Assembly (NCBI GenBank): GCA_022822625.1
Contig: JAJEAV010000005.1
Location: forward strand, 9,965 to 73,964
From: Gammaproteobacteria bacterium
GTDB taxonomy: Bacteria > Pseudomonadota > Gammaproteobacteria > Arenicellales > Poriferihabitantaceae
Direction of reading: 5' to 3'
Length of the DNA stretch: 64,000 nt
Shown here: one piece after another, positions 47,921-58,696 of the stretch
How the letters are laid out: each line of letters opens with the position of its first letter
Numbering within the stretch: position 1 is the first letter of the stretch
Notes under the pieces: model-generated
Seen by the model: the letters and a program-made list of their open reading frames with translations, nothing else
Told to the model about the DNA's origin: nothing
Databases searched by the model: none
Made by a program: the position numbers and the translations under genes

Positions 47921-50900
47921 TTATTTGATGGATTCCAACTCGGCTACGATCACGCTTAGCATGGAGTAATCGATAATTGCCTCCTGTTTCAAGGATACGG
48001 CTTTTCGTTCAAGTGCCTTGATATAGGTTTGGTTTTTTTGCGACCATGTTGCCAGTGCTTCTTTGGGCTGGCTGTTTCCGGAGCTTGCCAGTATCGAACT
48101 GACAATTTCGGTGTGGTGCTCTCGCAGGGTGCTTAGCAGACTGAACTTTGCTCTTTCATGCCAGGTGTTGTCTGCTTCAATGGAAACAATCTGCTTGTAG
48201 ATCCAGTCGATTGAAAGTACTTCAGAGACCCCGAACAGTATCGCGCTTGTTTCCACAACCGGTCTTGCATGGGTAAGCGACAATTCTGCAACATCAATGC
48301 CATTATTCAGAATATCCCTGCAGGCAATGTCATGAGCCAGCACTTTCGGGAAACCCGCCTTTATCAAGCGGTTGTTAATGTCGTCATAACGTTCCCTGGT
48401 GGTCTTTCCGAGAATTTTCCTTAGATTCCTGCAAAGTTCGAGATAGGGTTTGGAATACCGGTTTACGAGGGATTCAATATTATCTGTCTGTCTGATTTTC
48501 TTCAATATCCAATTGATTGTTGATTCAAGTGACCGGCAGAGTCTGTTGAATGCCTCAATCTGGAGAGTAGCATCCACCTTGTTGTCAAGTCTGATAATTC
48601 TTCTTCTGATTTCCTGGTAGTTGGAGGAATCGCGCGCAATCAGATATGCCGCACAGATGTCTTCGATCGGCCTGCCGGTTAAATCCATGACTCTCAAGTG
48701 GAACGAGGACCCCATGCATCCGACCAGGTCATTGGTAAGTTGGGTAGCAATGATTTCGCGTCTTAGACGATGGTCGTGAATCCCGGCCAAATTGTTTTTC
48801 TGAACATGATCTGGAAAGTAACGCTCGATTTCCGCCAGAAGATAGGGATTCTCCAAAAACTCCGACTGCACCAGCCTCTGATAAAGGTCCATTTTACTGT
48901 AGGCAAGAACCACGGCAAGTTCGGGTCGGGTCAAGTAATTGTTCGTTTCAAGGCGCTCAAGCAATTCTTCATGAGATGGCAGAAATTCTATATCCCGGTC
49001 CAGCATTCCACCTTCTGCCAGCATGTTGATGGTACGTATGTGCTGGGACATCAAGGGCTTGCCGCTTTCTGCTTCAATACTGATGATCTGGGTTTGCTGA
49101 TAGTTGTTTGACAGAACCAGTTCTGCCACATTCCTTTCCATTTTCGCCAATACCCTGTTGCGTTCACTCATGGTTAGCGCACCATCCTTGACTTCGGCAT
49201 TCAACAGAATCTTCAGATTAACCTCATGGTCAGAGGTGTCGACACCTCCAGAGTTGTCAATGGCATCGGTATACGAACGTCCACCGGCCATGGCATATTC
49301 GATTCTGGCTAGTTGAGTTACCCCGAGATTGCCACCTTCACCAATTACCTTGCAGCGAAGGTCGAGAGCGTCAACCCGCAGGTTATCATTGTTCCGGTCC
49401 TGTGCATCGGAATGGGACTCTTTCGATGCTTTGACATAAGTCCCAATTCCGCCATTCCACAATAAATCCACTTCACATTTCAGGATTGTATTTATCAGTT
49501 TATCGGGAGTGAATTCCGGAGTTTGCGTGCCAAGCAACTGCATGGCCTGTGGTGAAATCGTGATGGACTTGTCTGCCCTTGAGTAGACTGCACCGCCGGG
49601 CGATAGGCATTCGGAGGCATAGTCAGTCCATGATGATCGGGGCAGTCTGAACAGCCTTTCTCTTTCCTGATAACTAATTTCGGGATCAGGATCAGGGTCA
49701 ATCAGGATATGAAGATGATTGAAGGCGGCAACCAGTCGGGTTTTTCTGGACAGCAACATGCCATTTCCGAACACGTCACCAGCCATATCGCCAATACCGA
49801 CTACCGTAAAAGGCTGGTTCTGGATATCCTTGCCCAATTCCCGGAAATGTCGCTTGACTGATTCCCATGCCCCGCGCGCAGTAATTCCCATGCGTTTATG
49901 GTCATATCCATCAGAACCTCCCGAGGCGAAGGCATCGCCCAGCCAAAATCTGTACTCTTTCGCGACACTGTTGGCAATATCCGAAAATGTGGCTGTGCCC
50001 TTGTCGGCCGCTACCACCAGATAAGGATCGTCTTCATCGAGGCATCTGACATTTTCCGGAGGAATGATATCCGTGCTTGAGACATTGTCGGTGATATCGA
50101 GTAATCCGCGAATAAATGTCTTGTAGCAGGCGATAACCTGATCCCAAACCGAGTCTTGTGGAATATCGGACAACTGCTTGACCACAAATCCTCCTTTTGA
50201 ACCGACTGGAACAATGACTGCATTCTTGACGCGTTGTGCCTTGACCAGCCCTAGAACTTCAGTACGAAAATCTTCATATCGATCCGACCATCGCAGTCCT
50301 CCTCGCGCCACCTTTCCTCCCCGCAAATGTACGCCTTCTACATCCGGAGAGTACACAAAAATCTCATACAGCGGAATCGGCTCCGGAATTCTTGGGATTG
50401 AGTTGCAATCAATCTTGAAAGAGATATATTTTTTGGGAGTGCCGTCTTTTTCCGGTTGATAGAAGTTGGTTCGCAAGGTTGCGGTGACTACATCAATCAA
50501 TGCAGCCATGATGCGCTCTTCATTCAGGGTACTTACGAGATTCAGTTGCTTGTGGATTTTGCCGAGAAGGATTCCATCATCTTGATCAGCAAGACTGGGG
50601 CTTAGTCGAACCTCAAACCAGTCCCATATATTTTTCACCAGTTCCGGATACCGAATCATGGTATCGATAATTGATTGCTCGCTATAGCGCAGCCTGATCT
50701 GCTTCAGATAACGAAACAAGGCACAGATTGCCATTATTTCACGCCAGTTGAGTCCGGCCAGAAGAGTCAGGGCATTGAATCCGTTGGTTTCAATTCCTCC
50801 GTTCCAGCACTGCACAAACAGATCTTCGAAGACTTTACCCTGGGTCTTGAAGTCGAAATTAATCGAGTCATTTCTGGCAATCTCAAAGTCAAGCAGTCCG

Positions 50901-52723
50901 AGCTGTTCTGTATCCATGCGCTCGATTCGGTAAGGCCTTTCCCGCAGAACACGAACTCCCATGTTCTCAAGGATTGGCAGGACATCCGAGAGGACCAGTG
51001 AGATATTCTTGCTGTAGATTTTGAATGAAGCACTTTGACTTTCAACGGAATCGGGGGTCCCTCGTTGGGAAGGCGAGAGCTTGCAGCGGACTTCGCCATC
51101 GGTCATGTTTTCGTAAATTGCTATGTCAACGACTGCATTCTGGATACTGAATGAGTCCTGATAGTTTGCCGGAAAGGCATCGGCATAGACTCCAAAAAGT
51201 TTGCGTGCTTCCTGGTATGGCTTTTTTTCCTTCAGGGTCTCAAACAGGCTGTCGTTCCAGTCTCGGGCAATATTCTGGACATCCGTTTCAATCTGCTGTT
51301 GATCATGATGGGCATCCGATCTGGGGTCAATGTGTATGGTGTAGTGGATACGGGTCAGGATGGAGTGCGAGAAGTACACGTCAAACTCGACTTCGGTGGC
51401 TTCGAATACAACCCGCATATATTCCTGTATTCGTGCCCGTAACGTGCTGTTGAACAGGTCACGGGGGACATAGGCCAGACAAGAGTAGAAGTGACCACAG
51501 ACATTCCGGTGCAGGTGTACTCGTGTCTTGCGTCGTTCCTGATTGAGCAGGGTCATTCCCAGTCGGTACAAGTCCTCCCTATCCATCTGTAGCAGCTTGT
51601 CTCTTGGCAGGGTGGTCAGCAAGGCCCGCAATTCCTTAAAGGCGTGTCCGTCTCTTCTCATCCCACTGTGGTCCAATATCCAATCAATTTTGTCTCTGAC
51701 ATAGGGGATTAGCATATGTCCCTGAATTTGACCGTTTCTGGATAGAAAGCCGATTACGCAACTGATGCGGGTTTTTCCCTTGCGAGTTTCGGGGTCATGC
51801 CGGATCAGAATACAGTCCATATAACTTGGATAATAGATTTCAGCCTTGATCCTGGCCTTGGTATAGACCACCCGCTTGGGATTGGAATAGGTGACCGGGG
51901 GCAATGCAGTGTCGATGAGATTGTTTCCCTTTTCGTGGATGGGCAGGAGATTGCCAAGCAGGGTGTTTTCAACCAGTATTGGTTGGTTGGAACGCTTGCT
52001 GGTATCGACCTCAACCTCGCAATAGCCGAGGTATACAAAATTCTCCTGTTGAATCCAGTCCAGGAAATGAATAAGTCCGGGTAATTCCGGATCCGGACTG
52101 TCCTCAAGTTCATCGATCAGCTTGCTGACCTTGCTCCGGATTTTCAGCCAGTCATCGACGGAAGTTCGAATTTGAACAATGACGTCCAGCAAGCCTTCCT
52201 TGATGGCCTGATGTTCGTCTTCAGGTGTGTACTCGATTGCGCATTGAATAAAGCTTTCATTGCTGGAGTTGCCGTTTCCCCGTGTCTGCAGGCATTCTGT
52301 AAATGAAAGTGCTTCATGATTCGGATCCCGTTCTACCGAAAAAACCGGGTGCAGGAACCTCTCCGGAGTTTTGTACAAGGAGTTCAATTTCATCAACAGG
52401 GAGTTGATGAGAAAGGGGATGTCGTCCACGACCAGCAGAAGCAGGGTATATTCCGTGTTCCGGTTCGAAACCTCCTTGATCCTCGTGTTGTAGGACTCAA
52501 TGATGACTTCGCCGGGTTTCCGGGTTTTTGCGAACTCCCGATGCTTGATGGCAATGTCGTAGTATTCAAGGGTTCGGGAGTCGTCGTAGTCCTGCGATGA
52601 CAGGCGGCGAAAATAATTTCTCAAATAGTCCCTTTCACTTTTTTCCAGTGGCTTCTCGAGTGACCTGTCGAGATTTTTCAGGAAAGATTCGGTAACGTTG
52701 TTCTGGATGGGCTGCATCATCAA
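47921..52723 (-). CDS. gdhB: Large NAD-specific glutamate dehydrogenase (GdhB type, ~180 kDa)
   Basis: 1600 aa. KGGLRWSDR... catalytic core and the family-typical length. Confidence 0.9.
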   Translation of the reverse strand: MMMQPIQNNVTESFLKNLDRSLEKPLEKSERDYLRNYFRRLSSQDYDDSRTLEYYDIAIKHREFAKTRKPGEVIIESYNTRIKEVSNRNTEYTLLLLVVDDIPFLINSLLMKLNSLYKTPERFLHPVFSVERDPNHEALSFTECLQTRGNGNSSNESFIQCAIEYTPEDEHQAIKEGLLDVIVQIRTSVDDWLKIRSKVSKLIDELEDSPDPELPGLIHFLDWIQQENFVYLGYCEVEVDTSKRSNQPILVENTLLGNLLPIHEKGNNLIDTALPPVTYSNPKRVVYTKARIKAEIYYPSYMDCILIRHDPETRKGKTRISCVIGFLSRNGQIQGHMLIPYVRDKIDWILDHSGMRRDGHAFKELRALLTTLPRDKLLQMDREDLYRLGMTLLNQERRKTRVHLHRNVCGHFYSCLAYVPRDLFNSTLRARIQEYMRVVFEATEVEFDVYFSHSILTRIHYTIHIDPRSDAHHDQQQIETDVQNIARDWNDSLFETLKEKKPYQEARKLFGVYADAFPANYQDSFSIQNAVVDIAIYENMTDGEVRCKLSPSQRGTPDSVESQSASFKIYSKNISLVLSDVLPILENMGVRVLRERPYRIERMDTEQLGLLDFEIARNDSINFDFKTQGKVFEDLFVQCWNGGIETNGFNALTLLAGLNWREIMAICALFRYLKQIRLRYSEQSIIDTMIRYPELVKNIWDWFEVRLSPSLADQDDGILLGKIHKQLNLVSTLNEERIMAALIDVVTATLRTNFYQPEKDGTPKKYISFKIDCNSIPRIPEPIPLYEIFVYSPDVEGVHLRGGKVARGGLRWSDRYEDFRTEVLGLVKAQRVKNAVIVPVGSKGGFVVKQLSDIPQDSVWDQVIACYKTFIRGLLDITDNVSSTDIIPPENVRCLDEDDPYLVVAADKGTATFSDIANSVAKEYRFWLGDAFASGGSDGYDHKRMGITARGAWESVKRHFRELGKDIQNQPFTVVGIGDMAGDVFGNGMLLSRKTRLVAAFNHLHILIDPDPDPEISYQERERLFRLPRSSWTDYASECLSPGGAVYSRADKSITISPQAMQLLGTQTPEFTPDKLINTILKCEVDLLWNGGIGTYVKASKESHSDAQDRNNDNLRVDALDLRCKVIGEGGNLGVTQLARIEYAMAGGRSYTDAIDNSGGVDTSDHEVNLKILLNAEVKDGALTMSERNRVLAKMERNVAELVLSNNYQQTQIISIEAESGKPLMSQHIRTINMLAEGGMLDRDIEFLPSHEELLERLETNNYLTRPELAVVLAYSKMDLYQRLVQSEFLENPYLLAEIERYFPDHVQKNNLAGIHDHRLRREIIATQLTNDLVGCMGSSFHLRVMDLTGRPIEDICAAYLIARDSSNYQEIRRRIIRLDNKVDATLQIEAFNRLCRSLESTINWILKKIRQTDNIESLVNRYSKPYLELCRNLRKILGKTTRERYDDINNRLIKAGFPKVLAHDIACRDILNNGIDVAELSLTHARPVVETSAILFGVSEVLSIDWIYKQIVSIEADNTWHERAKFSLLSTLREHHTEIVSSILASSGNSQPKEALATWSQKNQTYIKALERKAVSLKQEAIIDYSMLSVIVAELESIK

Positions 52724-52803
52724 TGCTCGCTTAATGATTCTTTAGGAAATTATATATTCACCCCAATTCCACCATGAAGTGCAACACCCTGCGGAGAATT
52801 GTC

Positions 52804-53030
52804 ATGACAAGCATTCACCACTACCTGACTCATGCTGAACGATGCCAGATAAATGTCTTGTTGTCCACAGGAGAATCGTGTCGCGGGATTGCGAAGGCGC
52901 TGAAGCGCAGAGCACGATCAGTTGGGATTCTGAATTCTTCGGTGCGAAAGTTGTCCCATATGGCACTTTTGCAAGACGGGTGGGTGAGGTCGAACAGGAG
53001 TGAATCAAGTCCATGTTGACTGAAGTGCAT
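52804..53030 (+). mobile_element. IS30-family transposase N-terminal (HTH) remnant
   Basis: YLTHAERCQINVLLSTGESCRGIAKALKRRARSV resembles IS30 HLTLSEREEIRAGLSAKMSIRAIATALNRSPSTI. The STIS... continuation is in another frame. No DDE domain or terminal repeats were found. Confidence 0.55.
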
Positions 53031-53114
53031 CTGCTACACTTGCGGTATGCCCAAAAACATTTATGCAAATGTAGCATATCGATAATTTCGTACTATCCAG
53101 GTAGAGTAGAGTAG

Positions 53115-53480
53115 GTGAAAATCACAAGAATCTCAATCTATGGGACTGTCCTGAACTATGGACATGGTGATTATAGGTGGGGACGCGGCAACGCAATTCG
53201 GCAAAGTATTTCTACAGCAGTTGTTGTTGATACGGATGCCGGGATTTCAGGTTGTGGAGAGAACTACATGGTGGCACATGGTGAAGGAGTCGAAGCTGCT
53301 GTGCGCTTGATCGCCCCTGCACTTTTGGGTCAGGACCCGAGACAGGTTTCCGTAATGGAAGCACTCATGGATCACATTGTTCTGGGGGATGGATATGCCA
53401 AGGCTCCATTTGATGCTGCGTGCTGGGATATTCTCGGCAAATCCTGTGATCAGCCAGTTTGGATGATGCCTGGCGGTCGG
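53115..53480 (+). pseudogene. Mandelate racemase/muconate-lactonizing (enolase superfamily) N-terminal domain only
   Basis: MKITRISIY...VVVDTDAGISGCGE...LLGQDPRQV...APFDAACWDILGKSCDQPVWMMPGG is a typical MR/MLE N-domain. Homology ends at PGG, and the barrel domain with its metal ligands is absent. Confidence 0.7.
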
Positions 53481-53553
53481 CATTGTGATGGTATTCCCAC
53501 GGGATTCATGTTCCTTCATCCACTTTTCTTCATTTTTCAATGCCCTCAACTCT

Positions 53554-54336
53554 ATGAGTATTCTTGTATTTGATATTGAAACCATCCCGGATACTGAACT
53601 CGGGAAGCGTTTATATGGTTTGGAAGGCCTGTCGGACGATGATATTGCCAAGGCAATGACCACCAGGCAAATACAGAAAACCGGTGGGTCAGATTTTCTG
53701 CCGCCGCATCAACATCGCGTGATTGCTATTTCCGTGCTTTACCAAAGAGAGGGCAGACCCATCAAACTATGGTCTCTCGGAACGGAAGAGTCCAATGAGA
53801 AGGACCTGGTTCATAGGTTTTTTGACGGTATTGCCAAGATGACACCCACTCTTGTAAGCTGGAACGGGACCGGTTTTGATCTCCCGGTGCTGCATTATCG
53901 ATCGTTGTTGCACGGGGTTGATGCAGCTCGATATTGGGAAAGAGGGGAACGTGATCAGCAATTCCGATACAGTAACTACCTTAGCCGCTTTCACTGGCGG
54001 CATATTGATCTGATGGATGTACTTTCGGGCTATAACTTGCGTGGTGCGGCACCGCTCGACCAAATATCCGTAATGATTGGCCTGCCCGGAAAAATGGGTA
54101 TGGAGGGTAAACTGGTTTGGAAAACCTATCTCGAGGGAAACCTCCCTGCGATCAGGAACTATTGTGAGACGGACGTGTTGAATACCTATCTGGTTTTTCT
54201 TCGATGGAAACTGATTTCAGGGGGGATGAGTGCCAAGAGCCATGCAAGTGCCTGTGCAGATGTTCGAGCAATGCTGTCGAATTCAGGCCAGGAGCATCTG
54301 CTTGAATATCTGAAGGCCTGGCAGCAACCCGCATAG
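53554..54336 (+). CDS. Predicted 3'-5' exonuclease related to the PolB exonuclease domain (RNase H-like fold)
   Basis: DEDD-type motifs ILVFDIETIPD, SWNGTGFDLPVL and NYCETDVLNTY. Confidence 0.7.
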   Translation: MSILVFDIETIPDTELGKRLYGLEGLSDDDIAKAMTTRQIQKTGGSDFLPPHQHRVIAISVLYQREGRPIKLWSLGTEESNEKDLVHRFFDGIAKMTPTLVSWNGTGFDLPVLHYRSLLHGVDAARYWERGERDQQFRYSNYLSRFHWRHIDLMDVLSGYNLRGAAPLDQISVMIGLPGKMGMEGKLVWKTYLEGNLPAIRNYCETDVLNTYLVFLRWKLISGGMSAKSHASACADVRAMLSNSGQEHLLEYLKAWQQPA

Positions 54337-54433
54337 TCCGGACAGACAGGTTAACCAATAGACACCCTGGCTTGGTTATTCAAAAGGTGAATTGCTTTCG
54401 GCCCTTGACTCTGAATCGGGTACTTAAACTCAG

Positions 54434-54958
54434 ATGAATACCTCAACCAAAGGGATTTACATCGTGGTTGTTGTCTTGAGTCTGGCTGCCGGACTTTATC
54501 TTGGCTGGGTCAATTATTCTGACAAGCCCGGGGCCACATTAGGCGATATCAATTTGCCGGACATGGACAAGCAACTCCGTTCCGGTGACGAGTGGCTTGG
54601 GAAAATTGTCGTGATTAACCACTGGGCGACCTGGTGTCCACCTTGTCGCGAGGAGATTCCCATGCTGGTTACCTTTCAATCCCGGATGGCCGAAGCCGAT
54701 GTCCAGGTTCTGGGAATTGCTCATGACCTTCTGGATTCAGCCCGATCATTTGCGGCTCAGGCAGGCATGAATTACCCATCCCTGGTTGCTATTACTGGTG
54801 GCAATGAACTGCTGGATGCACATGGTAGCACGAGCCGGGGAGCGTTGCCCTATACGGTGATATTCAATAAACAGGGAGTGCAGGTAGACAGCAAGCTGGG
54901 CCTTCTTACTTACGACGAACTCTACGAATTGGTGAAACCGTATCTGGCTCTGGAATAG
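54434..54958 (+). CDS. TlpA/ResA-family thiol:disulfide oxidoreductase (membrane-anchored)
   Basis: N-terminal TM helix and a WATWCPPCREE active site. Confidence 0.8.
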   Translation: MNTSTKGIYIVVVVLSLAAGLYLGWVNYSDKPGATLGDINLPDMDKQLRSGDEWLGKIVVINHWATWCPPCREEIPMLVTFQSRMAEADVQVLGIAHDLLDSARSFAAQAGMNYPSLVAITGGNELLDAHGSTSRGALPYTVIFNKQGVQVDSKLGLLTYDELYELVKPYLALE

Positions 54959-54995
54959 AATGAGAAATGGCGAATGGGAATTCGAGTTCGTACCG

Positions 54996-55442
54996 TTAAG
55001 GCATCGCTTTTCGATTGTCGACCCATCGTTGGTCTTCGGAGTGTTCAAGACTTTCCCTTTTCCAGAAGGTGGCTTTCGCCTTGAGGTATTCCATCATGTC
55101 GCGACACCCATCAAAGGCTTCAGCCCGGTGTGCTGACCAGGCTGCGACCAGTACAATTGGGTCCTCCGGGTAGATCGTGCCGACTCGATGCATGATCAAT
55201 AATTCTGCGAGAGCATATTGCTGATGAACTTTTTCGGCATAATCCGTGAGTAGCTTTTCGGTCATGCCATGATAGTGCTCGAGTTCCATGTATCGCACTT
55301 TATCGCCCAGGTTGAAGTCGCGCATGAATCCGACAAACACCGAGCATGCTCCGTAACTGCCCGGCTTCATTTTCGAGCGGGCGGGATAATCGGCAACCTC
55401 AGACCAGGGGTTGAATGTTTCCGGACAAATCTTGATGTGCAT
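54996..55442 (-). CDS. moaE: Molybdopterin synthase catalytic subunit
   Basis: 148 aa. GACSVFVGFMRD...HYHGMTEK pattern. Lies downstream of moaD. Confidence 0.9.
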   Translation of the reverse strand: MHIKICPETFNPWSEVADYPARSKMKPGSYGACSVFVGFMRDFNLGDKVRYMELEHYHGMTEKLLTDYAEKVHQQYALAELLIMHRVGTIYPEDPIVLVAAWSAHRAEAFDGCRDMMEYLKAKATFWKRESLEHSEDQRWVDNRKAMP

Positions 55443-55444
55443 TG

Positions 55445-55675
55445 CTACCCTCCATTGACGGGGGGAAAGAAGGCAACTTCATCGCCGTCCCGGACAGCGC
55501 TGTCGAATCCCGCATATTGGTGGTTGACGGCACAGAGCAGGTTATCCGGTGGTTTTTTATCGGTTAGGCGTTTCCAGACGTCCAATGTAGTCATGTTGTC
55601 AGATGAACGTATATTGGCACCATCAATTCCCAGGTCTTCTCTGAGGCTGGCGAAAATTTTGACGGATACAGTCAT
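55445..55675 (-). CDS. moaD: Molybdopterin synthase sulfur-carrier subunit
   Basis: 76 aa, ubiquitin-like, with a C-terminal FFPPVNGG (Gly-Gly). Confidence 0.85.
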   Translation of the reverse strand: MTVSVKIFASLREDLGIDGANIRSSDNMTTLDVWKRLTDKKPPDNLLCAVNHQYAGFDSAVRDGDEVAFFPPVNGG

Positions 55676-55750
55676 GAAATGATTAGGATATGAATGGCTT
55701 CTGGTAGTATAACCACTTTCGACAATTGCGAGTTAGACAAAAACGGAAAG

Positions 55751-56269
55751 ATGAGTGAGCGTGAGTTTGTTGCGACAAATATAGCAGTATTGACTATCTC
55801 GGATACGCGGACGGAAGATGATGACCGCTCGGGTTCTGCAATCGTCAATCGATTGACTGAAGCAGGACACACTCTACATGAGAAAGCCATCGTCAAGGAC
55901 GATATTTACCAGATTCGTGCTGTCGTATCTGCATGGATCGCAAATCCTGGCATTCAGGTGATTATTACATCTGGTGGAACTGGAGTGAGTGGACGGGATG
56001 GTTCTCCAGAAGCGGTCAGTCCACTACTGGATAAAGTACTGGATGGGTTCGGGGAAATGTTCCGTGATTTGTCGTATGGTGATATTGGCACATCGACACT
56101 CCAGTCTCGAACGATCGCCGGGGTCGCAAATGGAACCTATGTCTTTGTTCTTCCGGGGTCTCCAGGCGCCGTCAAGCTTGCATGGGAGAAGTTAATTTCC
56201 CATCAACTGGATTACCGGACTCGTCCCTGTAATCTGGTCGAAATGATGCCAAGACTGCTTGAAAAATAG
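55751..56269 (+). CDS. moaB: Molybdenum cofactor biosynthesis protein B
   Basis: IAVLTISDTR...ITSGGTGVSGRD...LPGSPGA motifs. An internal Met was chosen by comparison with E. coli MoaB. Confidence 0.85.
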   Translation: MSEREFVATNIAVLTISDTRTEDDDRSGSAIVNRLTEAGHTLHEKAIVKDDIYQIRAVVSAWIANPGIQVIITSGGTGVSGRDGSPEAVSPLLDKVLDGFGEMFRDLSYGDIGTSTLQSRTIAGVANGTYVFVLPGSPGAVKLAWEKLISHQLDYRTRPCNLVEMMPRLLEK

Positions 56270-56295
56270 GTCGGCCCTGATTCGCTCGTGTTTAC

Positions 56296-57801
56296 TCAGA
56301 AGGTGATGTTTTCTGGGAATGCCCAGTCGTTATAGCCTCCTTCCCCCCGATACCACAACACGTGCTCTCCAGTATCTTCGCCGTGATTCCAGCGGGGTTT
56401 GCCGCCATTGGCATGTGCGTTGAGAATCTTGTGACGGCGACGCTGGCTCTGGATAACCTGTCTTGTGAGCAGCGAGCAATCCCATTTTTGCCTGATTTCA
56501 TCAACAAACGAATTCACGGTACTTGAATGTTGAGGATCATGGGCAAGATTGATCAGTTCCCCGGGGTCATTATCCAGATGGTACAACAGACAGGGATCGT
56601 TATTGGACCAGATGAACTTATAGGGCTTTCGCAATATCATGAACATCGGCGAGGTAGTGCTTTCCGCCAAATACTCCGCATAAAGGGGTCTGTCCAATTG
56701 GGCATGTCCATTGACTAGTTCGATGAGGTCAGTACCATCGAGTTCTTCAAGATCACTTGACCAGCCATTGCCTTCGGCAAGTCCCATGAGCGTTGGCAGA
56801 AGGTCGACAAGTGAGACAGGGGTGGTGACCGTTTTTGCCGGTTGACCGGGAATGGCCATGAACATTGGCACTCGCAAGGATGATTCAAAAAAGTGTTTCT
56901 TGAACCACAGGCCTTTCTCGCCGAGCATGTCTCCATGGTCGGATGTGAAAATTACCACAGTATCTCGAGTCATATTGATATCGGACAAGGTCTTCAGGAT
57001 CTTTCCGATTTTTTCATCAAGGAAACTGATCGAGCCAAAATAAGCCCGTCTTGCACGGGCGATGTCGGTGTCGTCAAACACGGTGTCCAGCATCGAAAAA
57101 TCCGTCAGCAGGCGGCGCGAATGCGGGTCATGCTGTTCCGGGCAAAGTGCCGGGACTGAAGGTGGCGGAATTTCCCTTTTCCCGTAAATATCCCAATATT
57201 CCCTTTGGCATAGATAGGGTTCGTGAGGGTGAGTGAAAGATACCTGAAGAAAGAAGGGATCGGGATTCTTGAAACGGCCAAGGTTTTCAAGATACTTGAT
57301 CGCCTCTCTTGTGACCATTTCATCGAACTGGATTTGTACGGAGTCTTCACAAATTCCCGATATCAAGATACTGCGGGCATCGTTGGTATCTCGTTCTCCT
57401 TCGTCGCCCCAGTTCGGTACCCACGAGAAATCAGCAGGATAGATGTCGGGTGTCAGCCTTTCTTCAAATCCATGGTATTGATCAGGCCCGATGAAATGTA
57501 TTTTCCCTGATAGCGTTGTCTGATAACCGGAGTCGCGGAGGTAGTGGGCATAGGTTGGCACAGATGCGGGCAGTTCGGCCGCATTGTCATAGGCGCCGAT
57601 TCGGGAGGAAAGCTGGCCGGTAGCCATTGAGGCTCTTGATGGCGCACATAACGGAAAGTTGCAGTAGGCATTTTCGAACAACATGGACTGTCTGGCAAGT
57701 CGATCAAGATTGGGGGCATGACAGATTGGGTTTCCATATGCACAGAGTGCCATGGCCATGAGTTGATCTGCCTGAATCAGCAGGATATTTGGTTTTGCCA
57801 T
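56296..57801 (-). CDS. betC: Choline-sulfatase-like type I sulfatase
   Basis: NILLIQADQL and the formylglycine motif LCAPSRAS; 501 aa. Confidence 0.7.
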   Translation of the reverse strand: MAKPNILLIQADQLMAMALCAYGNPICHAPNLDRLARQSMLFENAYCNFPLCAPSRASMATGQLSSRIGAYDNAAELPASVPTYAHYLRDSGYQTTLSGKIHFIGPDQYHGFEERLTPDIYPADFSWVPNWGDEGERDTNDARSILISGICEDSVQIQFDEMVTREAIKYLENLGRFKNPDPFFLQVSFTHPHEPYLCQREYWDIYGKREIPPPSVPALCPEQHDPHSRRLLTDFSMLDTVFDDTDIARARRAYFGSISFLDEKIGKILKTLSDINMTRDTVVIFTSDHGDMLGEKGLWFKKHFFESSLRVPMFMAIPGQPAKTVTTPVSLVDLLPTLMGLAEGNGWSSDLEELDGTDLIELVNGHAQLDRPLYAEYLAESTTSPMFMILRKPYKFIWSNNDPCLLYHLDNDPGELINLAHDPQHSSTVNSFVDEIRQKWDCSLLTRQVIQSQRRRHKILNAHANGGKPRWNHGEDTGEHVLWYRGEGGYNDWAFPENITF

Positions 57802-58106
57802 GAGTCTGTGGTGTCCTGCAATGGGAAATTGTGGGCCATAATCAGGCCTTATTGTATTCGGTCATGGGTCAAGATGGCGCAAACTGCGATTCCTGTTCGC
57901 TGACCTGCTACCAGCCCAACGATTAAAGTGAGTGGCAGATGATCATTGTCGGAGAATGATGAGGGTTTCGGATGTTAAAGTATGACCATACGGCAGTAAA
58001 TCGCATATCTGCAAGGCGTACCCATGAAGGAAGCGATTAAAATATGAGGATTGAGATATTGCCATCCCCGCATAATCCACCTTTCGTCTGGCTTTAGGCA
58101 TATTTA

Positions 58107-58544
58107 ATGAAAGTCCTGTTTCTATTGTTTTTGATCGTCCCTCTTGTGGAGATTTATTTTCTGATACAGATCGGGTCTGTGATTGGGTCACCCATGACAA
58201 TTCTGCTGGTTGTACTGACTGCACTGATTGGGGTTTCGCTGGTTAGGGCTCAAGGTGTAATTACCATAAATCGAATTCGGAAACGGCTCGATAGCCGAAC
58301 AGTGCCGGGCCTTGAAATTATGGAAGGTTTTGCCCTGTTTCTCGCAGGGGCCTTGTTATTGACACCGGGTTTTGTGACTGATGCAGTGGGCTTTATCTGC
58401 CTCACCCCATCGCTCAGAAGGTGGATCATCTTTCGCTTGTTTCATGCCGTTTCAATCTCGAATAGTGAAGATGTACGGAACCAGACGGGTCAGACAAGCC
58501 GTGACTCACGTGTGATCGATGGAGAATATCGTGAAATCGATTAG
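58107..58544 (+). CDS. fxsA: FxsA-family inner-membrane protein
   Basis: LFLIVPLVEIYFLIQIGSVIG and LLLTPGFVTDAVGF motifs. Confidence 0.8.
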   Translation: MKVLFLLFLIVPLVEIYFLIQIGSVIGSPMTILLVVLTALIGVSLVRAQGVITINRIRKRLDSRTVPGLEIMEGFALFLAGALLLTPGFVTDAVGFICLTPSLRRWIIFRLFHAVSISNSEDVRNQTGQTSRDSRVIDGEYREID

Positions 58545-58696
58545 ATGACTTGATCGGCTGTCGATTGATTGGGGCTTCTCGACCCCGCTATGAAGGTAAC
58601 ACTCCGGGCGGTGCTCATCATTGGCTATATGAATTATCGGTAATGGCCATGGATGCCTGATCCGGGTAATGAATTCACAAAAATTTCCGATCACTA

